From: Candidatus Cloacimonadales bacterium
GTDB lineage: Bacteria > Cloacimonadota > Cloacimonadia > Cloacimonadales > DAONDQ01
Length of the DNA: 64,000 nucleotides
Direction of reading: 5' to 3'
NCBI GenBank assembly: GCA_963662275.1
Contig: OY759316.1
Location: 2,400,001-2,464,000, forward strand
The position numbers and the translations under genes were made by a program. Shown here in pieces: positions 61,429 to 64,000 of this stretch (within the stretch, counting starts at the first letter, position 1; each line of letters opens with the position of its first letter). The notes beneath the pieces are model-generated. The model was given only the letters and a program-made list of their open reading frames with translations, had not been told where the DNA came from and ran no database searches.

Positions 61429-61848
61429 ATGCAAGCTCTTGGAAGACAAATTCTGGTCGAATATTACGAATGCAATCCTGATGCACTCAAAAATGTTCAA
61501 CTCATCGAAAAAGCCATGGTCGATGCCTGTATTATGGCACAAGCAACTGTTGTAACCCAAACATTTCACGAATTCAGTCCCTTTGGTGTCAGTGGTGTTG
61601 TTGTTATTGCAGAATCTCATGTCGCCATTCACACCTGGCCTGAACACAACTATGCTGCGGTTGATATCTTCACATGTGGTGAAACTATCCAGCCTTGGAT
61701 ATTATATGAACACCTCAAGAAAATCCTTGAAAGCAAGCATTCCAGTAACATGGAACTAAAGCGTGGATTATTTGATCTGGGTGATCAGAAATTATTGCAC
61801 AAGCCGGAAGAAAAGACCGAAGTACTACTTCAAGCAACTGGTAATTAA
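61429..61848 (+). CDS. speD: S-adenosylmethionine decarboxylase proenzyme (short, SpeH-type)
   Basis: [27 protein letters not shown]...DIFTCG with the E/S self-cleavage site; GGAGA precedes ATG at 61429. Confidence 0.95.
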   Translation: MQALGRQILVEYYECNPDALKNVQLIEKAMVDACIMAQATVVTQTFHEFSPFGVSGVVVIAESHVAIHTWPEHNYAAVDIFTCGETIQPWILYEHLKKILESKHSSNMELKRGLFDLGDQKLLHKPEEKTEVLLQATGN

Positions 61849-62694
61849 ATGAATCTCTGGTTTACTGAAAAGCATACAGAATCAAGAGGTCTATCTTTTC
61901 GTATTGATAAGACTCTCTATCATGAAAAAAGTCCCTACCAAACCATGGATATTGTGGAAACACCTGATTTTGGAAAAGTCATGCTTCTTGATGATGTTGT
62001 TATGGTTACTGATGTTGATGAATTTGTTTATCACGAGATGATATCCCATGTATCTCTCTATTCCCATCCAAACCCGAGAAGAGTTCTGATCATTGGCGGT
62101 GGTGATGGTGGAACGCTACGTGAAGTGACCAAGCACCCGGAAGTAGAAACAGCCACTTTGGTAGAAATCGATGATATGGTCATTCGCGGTGCAAAGCAGT
62201 TCTTTCCTCAACTCGCAATTGGTTTTAATTCACCGAAAGCAGAAGTGATTGTAGATGATGGGATCAAGTATATTGCTGATTGCAAAGAAAAGTATGATAT
62301 CATATTAATCGATTCCACTGACCCGGTCGGTCCGGCAACAGGTTTATTTCGTAAGGATTTCTACCAGAGTTGTTTTGATTTACTGAATGATGATGGAATC
62401 CTCACAGTACAATCTGAAAGCCCCTATATCCCCCATCTTGTTCCAATTATCAGGGATATGAATATCAATTTGTCTTCGATATTTCCCAATGTTCATATGT
62501 ACCTGGCAGCGATTCAAACCTACCAGGCTGGATTATGGTCATTCCAGTTAGCGAGTAAGAAATATCATCCAATTCATGATTTTCAGGATGCCTTGTATAA
62601 ACAACACCAGCTTAATCTGCAGTATTATACGGATGGAATCCATAAAGCCTGTTTTACATTACCAAGATTTGTAGAGAAGATAATTACCCTGTAG
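61849..62694 (+). CDS. speE: Polyamine aminopropyltransferase (spermidine synthase)
   Basis: DEFVYHEMISH, VLIIGGGDGG, VEID, IDSTDPVGPA. Confidence 0.96.
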   Translation: MNLWFTEKHTESRGLSFRIDKTLYHEKSPYQTMDIVETPDFGKVMLLDDVVMVTDVDEFVYHEMISHVSLYSHPNPRRVLIIGGGDGGTLREVTKHPEVETATLVEIDDMVIRGAKQFFPQLAIGFNSPKAEVIVDDGIKYIADCKEKYDIILIDSTDPVGPATGLFRKDFYQSCFDLLNDDGILTVQSESPYIPHLVPIIRDMNINLSSIFPNVHMYLAAIQTYQAGLWSFQLASKKYHPIHDFQDALYKQHQLNLQYYTDGIHKACFTLPRFVEKIITL

Positions 62695-62865
62695 GGGTCT
62701 GCGTCAGCAGACCCATCTGATTTGTAGGTGTCCTCGTCAGCAGACCCATCTGATTTGTAGGGGTCCGCGTCAGCAGACCCGTCTGATATGTAGGGGTTTG
62801 CGGTAGTACGCCCTTCCTGTATGCATTTTCACTCCATTCAAGGGTTTACTTCCGCAAACCCCTAC
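62691..62865. repeat. GTAG-REP family 2 cluster: four copies at 33-bp period plus an inverted copy
   Basis: GTAGGGGTCTGCGTCAGCAGACCC-type units at 62691, 62724, 62757 and 62790; inverted copy at 62842-62865; the first overlaps the speE stop. Confidence 0.85.
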
Positions 62866-63247
62866 GATTTCTCTGAACCTGTTACCTGTACGCTGTTAGC
62901 TGTCACCTTCTGCAAGTTCTGCTCTGCTAATTTTTAACTTTTAATTGTTAATTTTTAATTCTCATATTTTCCACTGAAAATATGAGTTGGGTTTCATCTA
63001 GGCATCATCTAGGGATCATCTAGGGATCATCTAGACTTTTTTAGATTTTCCTTAGATTTTCTTTAGTTTTTGTTTCTTTTATGTATTTTTTATCTTCCAT
63101 GAGACTTATTTGGAAGTTCGAAGTTCGAAGTTGCTTTCTGAGGCATTTTCTTCTGTGCTCTGAACCTGTTAGCTGACACCTGAAACCTGGCACCTTCTGC
63201 GATATACGGGGGAGGATTCCGAATTGCAGAATAGAAGATGTCACTTC

Positions 63248-63427
63248 TGAACTTCCCTGATAATGATTTTCGCTACCGAGAAAGAAAGCTGAGTTCTCCG
63301 AGTGAATAGATTTATCTATTTGTATCGAGGAGACGACATTTATTTAAACTTGAGTGTAGTATCGCTTCATTTCGATACAATTTCTCCTTCGTCGAAATCA
63401 CTCAATGAACCGGCTCTTAGCTTTCAT
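63248..63427 (-). repeat. Dispersed structured element, copy C: same outer frame, different inner hairpin
   Basis: Minus strand ATGAAAGCTAAGAG...CAGCTTTCTTTCTCGGTAGCGAAAATCATTATCAGGGAAGTTCA. Confidence 0.7.
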
Positions 63428-63444
63428 ATAAAGTCCAACGGGTT

Positions 63445-63519
63445 GTAGAGTATGACGCCGATCATACTGATTAGTAGCTCCGCATTTACGCGGTTGTAGA
63501 GTATGACGCCGATCATGCT
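63445..63519 (+). repeat. GTAG-REP family 3: two direct copies 51 bp apart
   Basis: GTAGAGTATGACGCCGATCAT(A/G)CT at 63445 and 63496; hairpin AGTATGA/TCATACT. Confidence 0.7.
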
Positions 63520-63638
63520 ATTGTGCAACTCCGAGTCAGCTTCGGTAAAAAAATTGGGAGTATCCATGTAGGGTAGAAATGAATTGACAAGAATGAGCTT
63601 CATGGTTAATTTTATATGTTCTTATATTGCAGGAGGCT

Positions 63639-64000
63639 ATGATGAAGAAAGCATTGATAATTATGTTTTTAGTTTTTTCTTTGCTGCCCTTATTATCTGT
63701 ATATCATAAACTTGGTGATTTTATTACACAGGGTACTGGATTCTCAATTGCAATCGTGGATAGTATTGCTTACATAGCTGAAGGTAATTCCGGTATACAA
63801 ATTATCGATGTCTCTGATCCGCAAAATCCAACGCTGATGAGTTCGTACCCAACACAGCAAAGTGCAAATTTTATCAGAGTAATTGGTGATGTAGCGTATA
63901 TAACATGTTATGATTATGGGTTGAAGATTCTTAATGTATCAAATCCTTTTAGTCCTGCATTACTTGGGGAGTATGATTCACCTGGGCAAGCCAAGTCTGT
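63639..64000 (+). CDS. Secreted LVIVD-repeat protein, N-terminal part; runs off the window
   Basis: SD AGGAGG; MMKKALIIMFLVFSLLPLLS...AYIAEGNSGIQIIDVSDPQNP...GLKILNVSNP. Confidence 0.88.
   Translation, partial: MMKKALIIMFLVFSLLPLLSVYHKLGDFITQGTGFSIAIVDSIAYIAEGNSGIQIIDVSDPQNPTLMSSYPTQQSANFIRVIGDVAYITCYDYGLKILNVSNPFSPALLGEYDSPGQAKS

Noticed and set aside
62691..62813. CRISPR-like 33-bp periodic repeat
   Set aside because: The linkers are about 9 bp and nearly identical; the GTAG-plus-hairpin structure indicates REPs.
45..63244. Many 60-170 aa ORFs in the track overlapping long genes (e.g. 35917..36429, 49299..49814, 52469..52915, 59072..59500, 63041..63244)
   Set aside because: They are antisense or alternate-frame shadows of well-supported genes, or run through repeat DNA, and show no recognisable motifs.

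Overview
AT-rich bacterial window, most likely from an anaerobic Candidatus Cloacimonadota (FCB-related) genome. This is inferred from the many secreted proteins ending in a FlgD-Ig/T9SS-A-like C-terminal domain and from the [FeFe]-hydrogenase operon. Bases 1-9.65 kb hold a 12-gene minus-strand [FeFe]-hydrogenase operon. It has sensory/regulatory genes and two different NuoE/NuoF-like pairs ahead of one catalytic subunit, which is cut by the window edge. A RAYT transposase with a 10 x 28-bp tandem GTAG-REP array and REPINs follows at 9.7-10.9 kb. The 11-61 kb stretch is accessory: about 10 large secreted/surface proteins, a cyclase-STAND-TPR protein, an IS91-type/tyrosine-recombinase element, two inverted copies of a 1861-bp DDE IS (each with its own 8-bp TSD), a prolyl oligopeptidase broken by one TAA, a signal-peptide rubrerythrin and a pullulanase. 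The window ends with speD-speE, preceded by a candidate 49-aa leader ORF, and a partial LVIVD-repeat gene. The intergenic DNA holds several unexplained small repeat families: a covarying stem-loop element, about 43-bp heptamer cassettes, 4 x 11-mer arrays and three GTAG-REP families. No CRISPR array, tRNA or rRNA was recognised. All family assignments come from reading motifs by eye, not from database searches.
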